A DNA stretch of 63,419 nucleotides, counting the filler, from Octopus bimaculoides (lineage: Eukaryota): NCBI RefSeq assembly GCF_001194135.2. It is 6 parts of 5 records of this genome, joined end to end, with 100 filler letters (N's around TTAATTAATTAA, not from the genome) between each part and the next. Parts side by side here need not be neighbours in the genome. Positions count along the whole stretch, not along the records: positions 62,293 to 63,419 come from NW_026370282.1; 5 more parts are not named here. One strand, written 5' to 3'. Within the stretch, counting starts at the first letter, position 1; the number at the start of each line of letters is the position of its first letter. The notes under the pieces were generated by a model. The model ran no database searches, had not been told where the DNA came from, and saw only the letters and a list, made by a program, of their open reading frames with translations. The translations under genes were made by a program, and so were the position numbers. Shown in pieces: positions 62,395-63,419 of the stretch.

Positions 62395-62552
62395 TACAGA
62401 CAGACAGACAGATAGACAGACAGGCAGGCAGGCAGGAGGATGGACGGACGACAGACAGACAGACAGACAGACAGACGGGTAGACAAACGGTCGGACGGAT
62501 AGACAGACAGACAGACAGACGGACGGACGGACGGACGGACGGACAGACTGGC

Positions 62553-62595
<43 letters not shown>

Positions 62596-62612
62596 CAGAT
62601 AGACAGATAGAC

Positions 62613-62648
<36 letters not shown>

Positions 62649-62649
62649 G

Positions 62650-62708
<59 letters not shown>
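62395..62708. repeat. Compound (GACA)n/(GGAC)n/(GATA)n tetranucleotide tract
   Basis: Read directly. Confidence 0.95.
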
Positions 62709-62709
<1 letters not shown>

Positions 62710-62867
62710 TAGCCGGTTTAACCTTATACATCGATGTAAAAGTTAGAATCCAGTATAACTTAATAGCATTGGTGTTTATTGTTTAAATAGGCGCCAATTA
62801 AGTATATTACAGAGTTTAATGATCATTACACTTCGATATATGAGTATATTTCAATATAATATATTAA

Positions 62868-63392
62868 AAGGAGAAAATGGAGAGTTTTAACTGATAAAAT
62901 TCAATTTAATAACACACTGTCAAAATTCTCTACAACCTACAATTTGTTTCCATATTAAATTTGATCAATTACAAATTTATAAATTAAAAATTAACAATTG
63001 CATCTAGAAATAACGAATTTAATATATCGTCGGGGTGAGAATTAGGTGCATAAAAAATCACATCATGGTCGACGGACTCAACATTACAACAATGGTTGTG
63101 TGTACGTGTGCATGTTAATATTTAAAAAAAGAATGTTTAAAAATTATTAACATGCACACGCACGCACAACCATTATTGTCATGTTGAGTCTGTCGACCAT
63201 CACCCGTTCGTTTATGATGTGATTTTTATGTCTAATTCTCAACCTGACGAAATGTTTAACTCGCTATTTCAAGATGCAATTTTTAAATTTGTAATTAATC
63301 GAGTTGAGTATGGAAACAAATTGTAGGTTATAGAGAATTTTGACATGTTATAAAATTGAATTTTATTAGTTAAAACTCGCCATTTTCTCCTT
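62868..63392. mobile_element. Foldback-type palindromic element (~250-bp arms)
   Basis: AAGGAGAAAATGG... pairs with ...CCATTTTCTCCTT along the whole length, with a short spacer near 63120-63145 and one ~13-bp indel. Confidence 0.85.
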
Positions 63393-63419
63393 ATAATATA
63401 TATATATATACATATATAT

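Overview
Eukaryotic, AT-rich and repeat-saturated DNA from a gapped scaffold; about 10.5 kb (~17%) is N. It is most likely octopus (cephalopod). That assignment is inference from recalled tRNA-derived SINE families and the extreme microsatellite load, not from a database hit. I find no supportable host protein-coding gene, tRNA or rRNA. Every long ORF in the track is a microsatellite or N-run artefact, and the shorter real-looking ones are transposon remnants. Recognisable remnants are: Penelope-like elements (RT, thumb and GIY-YIG pieces, including a divergent pair at 3.0-4.5 kb), R4/Dong-type and HERO/NeSL-type restriction-like-endonuclease LINEs, RTE-related pieces, two maT (DD37D-type) Tc1/mariner copies, a Merlin transposase, a Helitron helicase, hAT/Tigger/mariner MITEs, a 525-bp foldback element and at least four SINE families. 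The most interesting signal is a dispersed, roughly 155-190 bp non-coding element, present as 8 units at 7 loci. It carries a minimal type I hammerhead-ribozyme fold whose core has non-canonical substitutions (U at A6 in the main family, C at U4 in a related copy), a covarying stem II, an NUH-only cleavage triplet and one tandem dimer. Five NNN-TTAATTAATTAA-NNN blocks are artificial six-frame-stop scaffold linkers, so adjacency across them is uncertain.
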